DNA from: the human T2T-CHM13v2.0 reference genome, Homo sapiens | Length of the DNA stretch: 64,000 bases | Reading direction: 5' to 3' (one strand) | Assembly (NCBI RefSeq): GCF_009914755.1 | Contig: NC_060926.1 | In this document: one piece after another, positions 46,393 to 64,000 of the stretch | How positions within the stretch are numbered: position 1 is the first letter of the stretch | How the letters are laid out: each line of letters opens with the position of its first letter | Notes under the pieces: generated by a model | The model's database searches: none | The model's input: the letters and a program-made list of their open reading frames with translations, nothing else | What the model was told of the DNA's origin: nothing | Position numbers and translations under genes: made by a program

Positions 46393-48344
46393 TGAGGTCA
46401 GGAAAGCACTATTTCTGTTGGTCTGAACAGAAGCTAGAAAACACATAGAAGAAGACATGTTGTTTTTTCCTGCACCACTAAAGACTTGAGAAACATCACC
46501 AACAATAACTCCACTTCAGAAATGTGTTGATGGGAGGATTCTCCAGCTGACATAAGTGTGGAGGCAGAGGGAAAATCTAACCTAGGGAGGAGGACTGTTA
46601 GGATGAAACATTTCCAAAGTATAAAACAGTAGCATCTTCAGCATAAACGACATCATCAGACTTAAAACAAACCAACAAACCATCCACCCAGCCAACCATG
46701 GTATCTGGTGGGAGTTAGAGAAATAGAGAGAAGCAGGAAATTGGGTCTAGGGGAAATATAAGGCCAAGAACATAGGGTGTTTGGAGATGCCTCTTGTAAA
46801 TAGGCAGAGCACTGTTGCAAGAAGGCAGAGCCTGCTCTCTTGGGGCTCCAGCTCAGTTTATATGTTGTGCTGCATTTGGGCACCAAGAATATGAAGATAA
46901 ATATAAAAGCAAATGAAGAAGTTTTTAAAATGCAGAATGAACACAAATAGGAAGAAAAGAACCTAAGAAATTCCTGGGGATTGGTGAGAGCCTCAGTGCA
47001 AATTTCTGAATTGTGCAAGAAGCAGCACCAGTGTGTATAGGAGTGATGGACTTTTCAATGAAATTTGGAATTTAGTATCACAATTAATCTCCTGATCACG
47101 TTCCTTCTAACTGGGTTTAAGGTCATGAGAGTTGACAAGCAGGGACCCTGGACAACTGCATGGATTGATTGACATCCTGGCAATTCCGTTTTGTCTCCTT
47201 CCTCCTCTTCTTTGAATGTCTGTGTATTAGAATCTTACAGTGAATATGCGTTTGGGCATCATTCATTCCTCAGCTGACATACCTGCTACCTTTGATTAGA
47301 TTATTTTTGTGTCTTTGAAAGCGGGGCCGTCCTTAAGCAAAACTGTGATGTTCTTCAATTTCTGATCCCTGATCTACAGATTTGTCTATAGCTGCACCCT
47401 TCTTTGTCTTCTTTCCATACTTCCCCATCAAGTGGTGTTGTGTGTATATCTTTAAAATTTTCTTCTCTGCTCCAAACTTAATAGACATAGCTGTGGAAAA
47501 ACCCCCAAAGCTCAACATTTTCATGGGCCAGAAATGGAAACACTCAGTGGTAAGCTGGACTGCAGTATAGGCCTGCTGGGCTGTAGGTCCAGAAATAGGC
47601 AGAGTGAGGAGGGTGACTCCTGCAGGGCAATGAAAACCAAAGTGGCCCACATGTGGTGGGGCACCAGAGCCAGCATCACTGTGTAAAACCAAAGGCTAGG
47701 TGGGCCTGCCTGACCATGAAAGGAGGTTGAAACCACTCTGATCACTGCTTGAAGCTGCGGCTTTATAAAGCTGAATCTCTGTAGGGAACGGGAGGAAATA
47801 GAGCAAGCCAAGCAGCAGGATCTATTTGGCTCAGTAACTAGATCTACAATAGTCCCATCACTCTGGGCTAGGAGCAGCATACTTCCAAACAAGACCTGGT
47901 TCTGAATTTGCATGCTAAAGTTCTCCCTGGGGGCTGAGTGGAGGCAACTGCAAAACTTATACACAGGGAGAGGTGACCAGAGATCACGTAAACAACCCAA
48001 ACAAAACTACAACACAAACAGCTCCACCCAAGATGAGTCTACCAACCCAAATATAAATAGTTTCCATTAGGAAAACTACCACTAAAAAAGACAGTAACAA
48101 AATCATCAATCAGGAGAAGAATCCGCTCCTAATGAAATACAAAATAATATAAAACTATCAAGTGATTTAAAAATTATGTTTTCAGGTCTTTAAGGGGATA
48201 AAGAAGAACAAGAAGTGATTATTTGGACCTAGCAACAAAAGTTATATGTCAATGAATAATACTAAAAAAATTTACTGGGGAAATGGAAAAAACTGAAGTC
48301 TCTCAAGCCCTTTTTGTATACTTAGATTTGACCGGCTAATTCTC

Positions 48345-48852
48345 ATTCATTCAGTCAATCAATTCTACTTGAGATGTGTAATGTGCCGAGTGCTGTTCTA
48401 GGTGTTTGGCATACATCAGTGAAAAACACAAAGAATCTCATGGCTCTTGAGCTTATATTCTAGCGAGGGCACATAGTGAACAAAAATAAATAATTAAATC
48501 ATCTAGTGTTTCTAAAAGTGATGGTGCTGTTGGGGAAAAAAAGAAAAGAAACAGGGTAAGAGAAGTGGGGAGCTCTGGAGTGGGCGGGTTGCAAATAAAA
48601 GTCTTATTTTATTCATTTAAACAGGTCATTTAAATGAATAAAAACTCTTATTTTATGCATTTAAACACACACTGGAACCTGTCAGGAGGGTGGGGAGGGA
48701 GAGTATCAGGAAAAAGAGCTAATGCATGCTGGGCTTAATATCTAGGTGATAGGTTGATAGGTGCAGCAAATCACCATGACACACGTTTACCCATGTAACA
48801 AATCTGCACATCCTACACATGTACCCCTGAACTTAAAATTAAAAAAAAAAAC
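48345..48852. mobile_element. L2 fragment (about 48345-48590) and L1PA 3' end (+, about 48665-48852)
   Basis: cattcattcagtcaatc...; gggcttaatatctaggtgat...gaacttaaaatt plus poly(A). Confidence 0.7.
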
Positions 48853-49317
48853 AGATTCTAAAGAACCTATATCTGATAAAATGTTAAGCCTGATTTAAGT
48901 TACTATATATAAAAGGAAAACATTTCATTTAAAAATGAATTCCATATTTTCATTCATCATGTAGGCTGTATTTAGCCTGAATTAGTGTCATTTTCATGTT
49001 TTTCTGCTTTTCAGTTGAGAGGAAGTTCATTGAAATCGTTTTTGCTTTCAGAAGAATATGTGTGTGGCTCACTAATATACACTTGTGTTTTCCTTAGCTC
49101 GGTAGATTCATAGCAAGGCGGGACTTGCCAGGCGAGCCATAGTGCTTGGAGCTGAAGGGAACCAATCACCACAAGACAGTGTCCTAAGAAATGGCCATCA
49201 AAGCTGGAAGTCCACCCGAGCCAGCAATCTGAGGAGACAGGGTAGGGAGCGAAGGTCCACATGGAAGCCCCAGGATGGGCAAAAAACATCAAGAAATTTG
49301 GAAATAGAGAATGGAAA

Positions 49318-52007
49318 TGTCAACGAACAGTTCAGCTCTTCGTTGTGACCAGTGGTCTGTGACACAGCCCCCAGGAGATCCTGAGAACATGTGCCCAAGG
49401 TGGTCAGGCTACAGCTTGGTTTTTCACATTTTAGGGAGATATAAGACATCGATCAACATATGTAAGACGTACATTGGTTCAGTCCCAAAAGGCAGGATAA
49501 CTCAAAGCAGGGGCTTCCAGGTCATAGGTAGATTAAAAGATTTTCTGATTGGCAATTGGTTGGAAGAGTTATATTATTGTCTGAAGACTTAGAATCAATG
49601 GAAGGCAATGTCTGGGTTAAGATAAAGCATTGTGGAGACCAGGGTTCCCATTATGCAGATAGCATCAATAGAAGGGAATAGATTGTAAATGTTTCTTATC
49701 AGACTTAAAGAGTCTGTTCTGTCAGTCTTTTTTTTTTTTTTTTTTTTTTTAATTTATTTTTTTATTGATAATTCTTGGGTGTTTCTCACAGAGGGGGATT
49801 TGGCAGGGTCATGGGACAATAGTGGAGGGAAGGTCAGCAGATAAACAAGTGAACAAAGGTCTCTGGTTTTCCTAGGCAGAGGACCCTGCGGCCTTCCACA
49901 GTGTTTGTGTCCCTGATTACTTGAGATTAGGGATTGGTGATGACTCTTAAGGAGCATGCTGCCTTCAAGCATCTGTTTAACAAAGCACATCTTGCACCGC
50001 CCTTAATCCATTTAACCCTGAGTGGACACAGCACATGTTTCAGAGAGCACAGGGTTGGGGGTAAGGTCACAGATCAACAGGATCCCAAGGCAGAAGAATT
50101 TTTCTTAGTGCAGAACAAAATGAAAAGTCTCCCATGTCTACTTCTTTCTACACAGACACGGCAACCATCCGATTTCTCAATCTTTTCCCCACCTTTCCCG
50201 CCTTTCTATTCCACAAAGCAGCCATTGTCATCCTGGCCCGTTCTCAATGAGCTGTTGGGCACACCTCCCAGACGGGGTGGTGGCCGGGCAGAGGGGCTCC
50301 TCACTTCCCAGTAGGGGCGGCCGGGCAGAGGCGCCCCTCACCTCCCGGACGAGGCGGCTGGCCGGGCGGGGGGCTGACCCCCCCCACCTCCCTCCCGGAC
50401 GGGGCGGCTGGCCGGGCGGGGGGGCTGACCCCCCCCACCTCCCTCCCGGACGGGGCGGCTGGCCGGGCGGGGGGCTGACCCCCCCACCTCCCTCCCGGAT
50501 GGGGCGGCTGGCCGGGCAGAGGGGCTCCTCACTTCCCAGTAGGGGCGGCCGGGCAGAGGCGCCCCTCACCTCCCAGACGGGGCGGCTGGCCGGGCGGAGG
50601 GCTGACCCCCCCACCTCCCTCCCGGACAGGGCGGCTGGCCGGGCGGGGGGCTGACCCCCCCACCTCCCTCCCGGACGGGGCGGCTGGCCGGGCAGAGGGG
50701 CTCCTCACTTCCCAGTAGGGGCGGCCGGGCAGAGGCGCCCCTCACCTCCCAGACGGGGCGGCTGGCCGGGCGGAGGCTGACCCCCCCACCTCCCTCCCAG
50801 ACGGGGCGGCTGGCCAGGTGGGGGGCTGACCCCCCCACCTCCCTCCCGGACGGGGCGGCTGGCCGGGCGGGGGGATGACCCCCCCACCTCCCTCCCGGAT
50901 GGGGCGGCTGGCCGGGCAGAGGGGCTCCTCACTTCCCAGTAGGGGCGGCCGGGCAGAGGCGCCCCTCACCTCCCAGACGGGGCGGCTGGCCGGGCGGAGG
51001 GCCGACCCCCCCACCTCCCTCCCGGACGGGGCGGCTGGCCGGGCAGAGGGGCTCCTCACTTCCCAGTAGGGGCGGCCGGGCAGAGGCGCCCCTCACCTCC
51101 CAGACGGGGCGGCTGGCCGGGCGGAGGCTGACCCCCCCACCTCCCTTCCAGACGGGGCGGCTGGCCGGGTCGGGGGGCTGACCCCCCCATCTCCCTCCCG
51201 GACGGGGTGGCTGGCCGGGCTGAGGGGCTCCTCACTTCCCAGTAGGGGCGGCCGGGCAGAGGCGCCCCTCACCTCCCGGACGGGGCGGCTGGCCGGGCGG
51301 GGGGCTGACCCCCCCACCTCCCTCCCGGATGGCACGGCTGGCCAGGCGGGGGGCTGAACCCCCCACCTCCCTCCCGGATGGCATGGCTGGCCGGGCGGGG
51401 GGGCTGACCCCCCACCTCCCTCCCGGATGGGGCGGCTGGCCGGGCGGGGGGCTGACCCGCCCCACCTCCCTCCCGGACGGGGTGGCTGCCGGGCGGAGAT
51501 GCTCCTCACTTCCCAGATGGGGTGGCTGCCGGGCGGAGAGGCTCCTCACTTCTCAGACGGGGCAGCTGCCGGGTGGAGGGGCTCCTCACTTCTCAGACGG
51601 GGTGGTTGCCAGGCAGAGGGTCTCCTCACTTCTCAGATGGGGCGGCCGGGCAGAGACGCTCCTCACCTCCCAGACGGGGTCTCGGCCGGGCAGAGGCGCT
51701 CCTCACGTCCCAGAGGGGGCGGCGGGGCAGAGGCGCTCCCCACATCTCAGACGATGGGCGGCCGGGCAGAGACACTCCTCACTTCCTAGATGTCTGTTCT
51801 GTCAGTCTTAAGGTCTCTGTGTTGATGTTAATGCTGGTCAGCTATGCCTGAATTCCAAAAGAGAGGAGAGTATAATGAGGCATGTCTGACCCCCACTTCC
51901 CATTATGGCCTGAACTGGTTTTTTAGGTTAACTTTGGAATGACCTTAGCTGAGAGGAGGGGTCCATTTAGATGGTTTGGGGGCTTAGAATTTTATTTTAG
52001 ATTTACA
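49318..52007 (-). mobile_element. MER4-family LTR split by an SVA
   Basis: TGTCAACGAA...GATTTACA termini; cctgagaacatgtgcccaaggtggtcagg motif. Confidence 0.8.
49728..51791 (-). mobile_element. 5'-truncated SVA (SVA_F-like) with 18-bp TSD gtctgttctgtcagtctt
   Basis: TSD at 49712-49729 and 51792-51809; poly(T), SINE-R and long VNTR present; no hexamer or Alu-like 5' end. Confidence 0.97.
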
Positions 52008-53320
52008 GAAGCCAGAAAGTGGGAGAGAGAAACAGAGAGAGCCATCTGTGGCTGCTATTTAGAGGGTCCTGTGGCCTGGGGTTTTGGTAGGGAAAAAAAG
52101 AGCTTTGCCCTGGCATGGACATGTATATTTCCTTCTTGTTTTTAAAAAAAATACATAATAGTCTTTCTGATGCAACTTGAAAGCAAGAATTTTTTAAAAA
52201 ATCTGCAAAATGATTGTTCTAAGTATGGTCAGAAAAAGATGAATTCTACAAGGAAGGTGGATGCTTCAATTCTCTTGAGGCTGCTGCTTCTCCTGCTAGA
52301 TCTTGATCAATAATGTTACCTGATGGGCAAAGGTAGGGCCAGTGGAATATACACATACTTCTAGATATGATTTGAGGAGCAGGCACTTGAATGGCATCTC
52401 TGTCCCCAAATTGCATCTCTGTCACTTTCCATCTTGCCTGAAATTCCAATTCATGTAGATTAAGATGTTTTCTTTAGAATATCCACATTAAAATGCAATT
52501 GTGTCACATAAGAATTCATCTACAAATTAATTTGGCAAACAAAGAACAGAATCTGGAGATCAAGACATTGAACAAGAAAAAAATGGGGAAAGAGAGTGGA
52601 AAAAAGAGACAAAAGTAAAACCAGAGAGAGCAGCCCAGAAGATGTCCCCTCCTGGGGAATTGTGATGAAGACTTTCAGAACGCCAGGAGGATGTAGAAAA
52701 TTATCCAAAGGGGGCATATAGGGAAATTTTACTAATAATTTGCTTTATTTCTGGACCAAGCATTTATAGATAGCTTGTTTTAAAATTTGGCATCAATTTA
52801 TAAACATTATTTTATTTTGTAATTTCTAGGGATTAAAAATATCTACTATGGAAATAAAGATAGAGTAGACCTTAGAGATCCAGGAAGGACTATTGTATAT
52901 AACTTTACAAACTGCAAGAGAAGGTGCCAAGATCTTTGTTAGCGTAACTTTAATTCCAGCTGGTCATAGAATGTTCCATGGCTTGGAAGTATTTCTGGGA
53001 CAGATTCGGCATTCAAATAAAAGGAAATTTACAGATCAGATAATCACTAGGGGATATAGATGTTGGGAGGTTGGGAGTGATCAGGGAATGGGGATGATCA
53101 GTTTTTTTCTGAGATTTTAGACTGAAGTGCCCAGTAGCCAGTTTGGAAGCCCTCAGCCTCAGGTAGAACCATGAGTCAGCAAAACATATAAATAGTAGAC
53201 CAGTTAGGAATCAGATGATGGCCATTTCCTAAGGAATGATAGATGCTTTAGTGTACTTTCAGATAACGCATTCTTTGGAGTTCACAAAGTGGTGAAATGT
53301 CAACTTAAGAAATTGTTTAA

Positions 53321-53701
<381 letters not shown>

Positions 53702-53842
53702 TAAATGGCATGTTTCTTTGACTTGGTCTGCTTATTGTCCGTTACCCTGATTAAAGGTGGCTATGCAGGTGGAACTGGGAACTGGGTACCCAGAGTTGGC
53801 AGCTCATGGATACCTCAGCATTTATCCTCTTCCTTTTGTCTT

Positions 53843-54413
53843 TGTCAGGAGGAAAAGACTTTTCCTCTACCCTTTTATGTTCAATAACAGGGGGCCTGTA
53901 AATTAAACCGACAAAAGACAGACAAACAAGAGGAAAAGGCTTGTTATTCATAGGCATATAGAACTAACAAAAGAAGTAGCTAGCCTGATAAATAATTTTA
54001 ATAAGTTTATATACCTACCCCTTTAGGAAAAAGGGAGGCGGTAGAAAAGACTTCTATGGGAAGAACAAATAGATTTCTTTAGGAAAGAAAAATGGGTTTT
54101 AGGAGAACAAGTAGGAGATAAGAAAGTTTATGATCACGTTTGTTTATGCAGGAACTCTCAGTCTTTTTGTCTTCTTCATGGCCATGAAACTCCTCCAGAG
54201 AGGAGATTTATGGTACATGTACTCTCAGTTTTCTTCTTGGGAGTAGACTTGCTCTAAAGAAGGAGTATATGGAAGCCTCTTTTCCCACAAGTTGCTGCTT
54301 TTAGTCATGTGAGGGAAGCTCCTAAAAGTCTTCTTTCCATGTCTGTTAAATCTCAAATATCTTCAGCTTAAAATAATTTTCATACCAACTGTAGGGTTCC
54401 AAGTGGGTCCCCA
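53843..54413 (-). mobile_element. ERV1 LTR (MER34/MER39-like)
   Basis: Homologous along its length to 14103-14653. Confidence 0.65.
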
Positions 54414-55183
54414 TATCCCTTTTATATCTTAGACTAATCCATAGCCACATTGACATTCCTCCGTGTCTTAAAATTTTTTAAATGTCTTTATGTCAGAAAA
54501 CTTTCAGTTTTAATCATAGAAAACCCAACTCAAATATATTTTAAGTATGAGGGAGAATTTCTTGATTCACCTACCTGGAAAGTTCAAGAGTAGATGTTAC
54601 CAAGCTCTCTTTCTTCAGCTATCAGCTTTGCTTTCTTCTATATTGGCTTTTTTCTCAAGCAAACTCCCTCTTATGGTGGGAAGGTGGGAAGGAAGCCCCT
54701 CTCCCAGTTGCTCTAGCAAATGTGTAGAATTAGCTCAGTGAGCTTAAGTGAATAATAGACCCATCAATGGACCAATTACTGTGGCCAGTGTGGTTCCAAC
54801 TAGCTAAGCCCAGGTTATATGCCCACCCCTGGACCATGCTGTGGGCTCAACTTTTCTGAAGCTCACATATTGAAAGTAGGTGAAAGACGAGTTCTGAAAA
54901 ATTTCACTTACCAGAAGAAGGTAAAATGGATTTTAGTGGCCAACACCAAGAGATGTTCTTTATCTTTTTTTGTTTTAATGTTTGGTGTATAGTTAAATAG
55001 TGTCCTTAGGATTTATGTAAAGTTAGTATTTATTGGATGTTGGAGATGCAATATGATTCAGGCTGTGCGAGGATATAGACCTGTCTGGGAGTTTCTCCAC
55101 AGCTAATGGGTAGGTACAAGGGTCTCCCAAAAGAAAACAATGGATAAGACTCCACAAGATGAACAAAACTGAATTGAAGGAAA

Positions 55184-55505
55184 ATAAGTTCCATACGTCT
55201 AATACACAGCATGGTGACTAGGTGACTACAGTTAAAAATACTGTTATTTTATACTTGAAGTTTGTTTAGGAGTAGATCTTAATTAAATGTTCTCACTACA
55301 AACAAAAAATATATGTGAAGTGATGAGCATGTTAATTAGCCTGATTGTGGTAGTCATTTCACAATTAGACACATATCAAAACATCGCGTGTACTGTAAAT
55401 ATATGTATATATATAATTTTTATTTGTTATACTTCAGTATAACTGGAAAAAAAAGATGTGTTCCCTGAACACCTACCCCCCCATCCAAAAAAAAAAAAAA
55501 AACCC
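55184..55505 (+). mobile_element. L1MA 3'-end fragment plus short tail, flanked by 18-bp TSD aaactgaattgaaggaaa
   Basis: TSD at 55166-55183 and 55506-55523; A-tracts at 55447-55454 and 55487-55502. Confidence 0.8.
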
Positions 55506-55591
55506 AAACTGAATTGAAGGAAATTATATTTGCAGTCTCTCCTGACAATAGTCTTCCTAATTATTATTGGGTGTGGTTTGAATGATGACAG

Positions 55592-56581
<990 letters not shown>

Positions 56582-56645
56582 ATAGGAGGGAGAAACTGAA
56601 CTGGGCAGGAATTGTGAAAAGTACTGTGCCATGGACAGGGACATA

Positions 56646-56733
56646 CTAGGTTGCTGCAAAAGTAATTGTGTGGGTTTTTTTCTCCCCATTCAAACTAATG
56701 GCAAAAACCGCAACTACTTTTGCACCAATCTAA
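56646..56733. mobile_element. MADE1 (Hsmar1-derived MITE) with TA TSDs
   Basis: ta|ctaggttgctgcaaaagtaattg...caactacttttgcaccaatctaa|ta. Confidence 0.9.
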
Positions 56734-58328
56734 TACTTCATATAACCTTTATCAAAGTTGAGTCCTGGAGCTTGGTATCATGAAATCAATAAAGTTTCCT
56801 GAGTATCCATTAGTCAGACTAGGCTCCGACTTCCTCATGTTATCCTAGTAACCTCAGGGTGTTTATTAAGGAAGGTATCAGGAGAAGTAACATAATTAAC
56901 AGGACCTTTCTATACTGTGTAAACTGGTTCTCAATAAGTGTGTGTGCTTTGTCTTGATCTGTCACTTTCTTAAGGAGATGGTATTATTCCCCTTAGCTTT
57001 CTGCACATGGAAGGTGATTGATGAGACAAATGGATTCCTATAATAGTAAAAAGACTCATTATCACACCTCTCTCCCATCACCGATTGACTATATTTCTGG
57101 ACATCCCCCATTTTGGTTGAGTTATAGCCAATATCAATTGGGATGACTCATATTTTACTCTTAGTATTTACCAGTGACTTTTCCACCTGACATACTGCAA
57201 TCATAGTTTGACTTAAACACAAAGGGCCATTCCAAATAACAGATGAATCCATAATGCATATTTGACTCCAGTTCAGGTCATTATAACTTTTTCATTTCTT
57301 TCTTTTTTTTATTATTATACTTTAAGTTCTAGGGTACATGTGCACAACGTGCAGGTTTGTTACATATGTATACATGTGCCATGTTGGTTTGCTGCACCCA
57401 TTAACTCGTCATTTACATTGGGTATTTCTCCTAATGCTATCCCTCCCCCAGCCTCCCACCCCAGGACAGGCCCCAATGTGTGACATTCTCCTCCCTGTGT
57501 CCTAGTGTTCTCACTGTTCAATTCCCACCTATGAGTGAGAACATGTGGTGTTTGGTTTTCTGTCCTTGTGATAGTTTGCTCAGAATGATGGTTTCCAGCT
57601 TCATCCAAGTCCCTAAAAAGGACATGTACTCATCCTTTTTTATGGCTGCATAGTGTTCCATGGTGTATATGTGCCAAATTTTCTTAATCCAGTCTATCAT
57701 TGATGGACATTTGGGTTGGTTCCAAGTGTTTGCTATTGTGAATAGTGCCACAATAAACATACATGTGCATGTGTCTTTATAGTAGCATGATTTATAATCC
57801 TTTCAGTATATACCCAGTAATGGGATGGCTGGGTCAAATGGTATTTCTAGTTCTAGATCCTTGAGGAATCGCCACACTGTCTTCCACAATGGTTGAACTA
57901 ATTTACACTCCCACCAACAGTGTAAAAGCGTTCCTACTTCTCCACATCCTCTCCAGCATCTGTTGTTTCCTGACTTTTTAATGATCACCATTCTAACTGG
58001 CGTGAGTTGGTATGACATTGTGGTTTTGATTTGCATTTCTCTGATGACCAGTGATGATGAGCTTTTTTTCATATGTCTGTTGGCTGCATAAATGCCTTCT
58101 TTTGAAAAGTGTTTCTTCATATCCTTTGCCTACTTTTTGATAGGGCTGTTTGATTTTTTTCTTGTAAATTTGTTTAAGTTCTTTGTAGATTCTGGGTATT
58201 AGCCCTTTGTCAGATGGGTAGATTGCAAAAATTTTCTCCCATTCTATAGGTTGCCTGTTCAATCTGATGGTAGTTTCTTTTGCTGTGCAGTAGCTCTTTA
58301 GTTTAGTTAGATCCCATTTGTCTATTTT

Positions 58329-61171
<2,843 letters not shown>

Positions 61172-61661
61172 CCCATTTGTCTATTTTGGCTTTTGTTGCC
61201 ATTGCTTTTGGTGTTTTAGTCATGAAGTCCTTGCCCATGCCTATGTCCTGAATGGTATTGCCTAGGTTTTCTTCTAGGGTTTTTATGGTTTCAGGTCTAA
61301 CATTTAAGTCTTTAATCCATCTTGAATTAATTTTTTTATTAGGTTTAAGGAAGGGATCCAGTTTCAGCCTTCTACATATGGCTAGCCAGTTTTCCCAGCA
61401 CTACTTATTAAATAGGGAATTGCTTGTGTGTGTCAGGTTTGTGAAAGATCAGATGGTTGTAGATGTGTGGTGTTATTTCTGAGGCCTCTGTTCTGTTCCA
61501 TTGGTCTACATCTCTGTTTTGGTACCAGTACCATGCTGTTTTGGTTATTGTTGCCTTGTAGTATAGTTTGAAGTCAGGTAGCATGATACCTCCAGCTTTG
61601 TTCTTTTTGCTTAGCATTGTCTCTCCAATGTGGGCTCTTTTTTAGTTCCATATGAACTTTA

Positions 61662-62141
<480 letters not shown>

Positions 62142-62340
62142 TTATTTCTCTTGCCTGATTGCCCTGGCCAGAACTTCCAACTCTATGTTGAATAGGAGTG
62201 GTGAGAGAGGGCATCCTTGTCTTGTGCTGGTTTTCAAAGGGAATGCTTCCAGTTTTTGCCCATTCAGTATGATATTGGCTGTGGGTTTGTCATAAATAGC
62301 TCTTATTATTTTGAGATACACTCCATCAATACCTAGTTTA

Positions 62341-62646
<306 letters not shown>

Positions 62647-64000
62647 TCAGGATGATGCTGGCCTCATAAAATGAGTTAGGGAAGATTCCCTCTTTTTCTT
62701 TTCATTGGAATAGTTTCAGAAGGAATGGTACCAGCTTCTCTTTGTACCTCTGGTAGAATTAGGCTGTGAATCCGTCTGGTCTTGGACTTTTTTTGGTTGG
62801 CAGGCTATTAATTATTGGCTCAATTTCAGAGCCTGTTATTGGTCTATTCAGAAATTCCACTTCATCCTGCTTTAGTCTTGGGAGAGTGTATGTGTCCAGG
62901 AATTCATCCATTTCTTCTAGATTTTCTAGTTTATTTGCTTAGAGGTGTTTATAGTATTCTCTGATGGTAGTTTGTATTTCCATGGGATTGGTGGTGATAT
63001 CCCCTTTATAATTTTTTATCGTGTCTATTTGATTCTTCCCTCTTTTCTTCTTCATTAGTCTTGCTAGCGGTCTATCAGTTCTGTTTATCTTTGCAAAAAA
63101 CCAGCTCCTGGATTCATTGATTTTTTGAAGGTTTTTTTGTGTCTCTATCTCCTTCAGTTCTGCTCTGATCTTAGTTATTTCTTGCCTTCTGCTGGCTTTT
63201 GAATTTGTTTGCTCTTGCTTCTCTGGTTCTTTTAATTGTGGTGCTAGGGTATTGATTTTAGATCTTTCCTGCTTTCTCTTGTGGGCATTTAGTGCTATAA
63301 ATTTCCCTGTACACACTGCTTTAAATGTGTCCCAGAGATTCTGGTACGTTGTGTCTTTTTTCTCATTGGTTTCAAAGAACATCTTTATTTCTGCCTTCAT
63401 TTCGGTATTTACCCAGTAGTCATTCAGGAGCAGGTTATTCAGTTTCCATGTAGTTGAGCTGTTTTGAGTGAGTTTCTTAATCCTGAGTTCGAATTTGATT
63501 GCACTGTGGTCTGAGAGATAGTTTGTTGTGATTTCTATTTTCCATTTGCTGAGGAGTGCTTTACTTCCAACTATGTGGTCAATTTTGGAATAAGTGCAAT
63601 GTGGTGCTGAGAAGAATGTATATTCTGTTGATTTGGGGTGAAGAGTTCTGTAGATGTCTATTAGGTCCACTTGGTGCAGAGCTGAGTTCAAGTCCTGGGT
63701 ATCCTTGTTAACCTTCTGTCTCATTGATCTGTCCAATATTGACAGTGGGGTGTTAAAGTCTCCCATTATTATTGTGTGGGAGTCTAAGTCTCTTTGTAGG
63801 TCTCCAAGGACTTGCTTTATGAATCTGGGTGCTCCTGTATTGGGTGCATATGTATTTAGGATAGTTAGCTCTTCTTGTTGAATTGATCCCTTTACCATTA
63901 TGTAATGGCCTTCTTTGTCTCTTTTGATCTTTGTTGGTTTAAAGTCTGTTTCATCAGAGACTAGGATTGCTACCCCTGCTTTTTTTTGTTCTCCATTTGC

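Noticed and set aside
47333-48000. ORFs of 119 and 159 aa on minus
   Set aside because: No recognisable family and non-ATG starts; the region resembles decayed L1/HAL1 5' sequence.

Overview
Repeat-dense hominid genomic DNA, most likely human because one SVA has SVA_F-like SINE-R/VNTR variants. There is no intact protein-coding gene. The only gene-derived sequence is a full-length, intronless retrocopy of alkaline ceramidase 2 (ACER2) on the minus strand (58329-61171, 16-bp TSD, one 2-nt frameshift), inserted into a primate L1PA element. The rest is Alu, L1, L2, MIR, LTR (MST, THE1, MER4, MER61, MER68 and others), DNA-transposon fossils and two SVAs. Most notable structures: (1) an SVA carrying about 300 bp of 5'-transduced Alu+MIR sequence inside its TSDs, nested in a 5'-inverted L1; (2) a perfectly homogeneous AT-rich 27-bp minisatellite whose unit is a hairpin; (3) a rearranged MER61-type ERV with inverted att-like ends; (4) an apparently re-retrotransposed ancient L1 fragment with a perfect 18-bp TSD. 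I found no convincing new multi-gene system. Repeat subfamily names come from recalled consensus sequences and need RepeatMasker/Dfam confirmation. Boundaries of old repeats are approximate.
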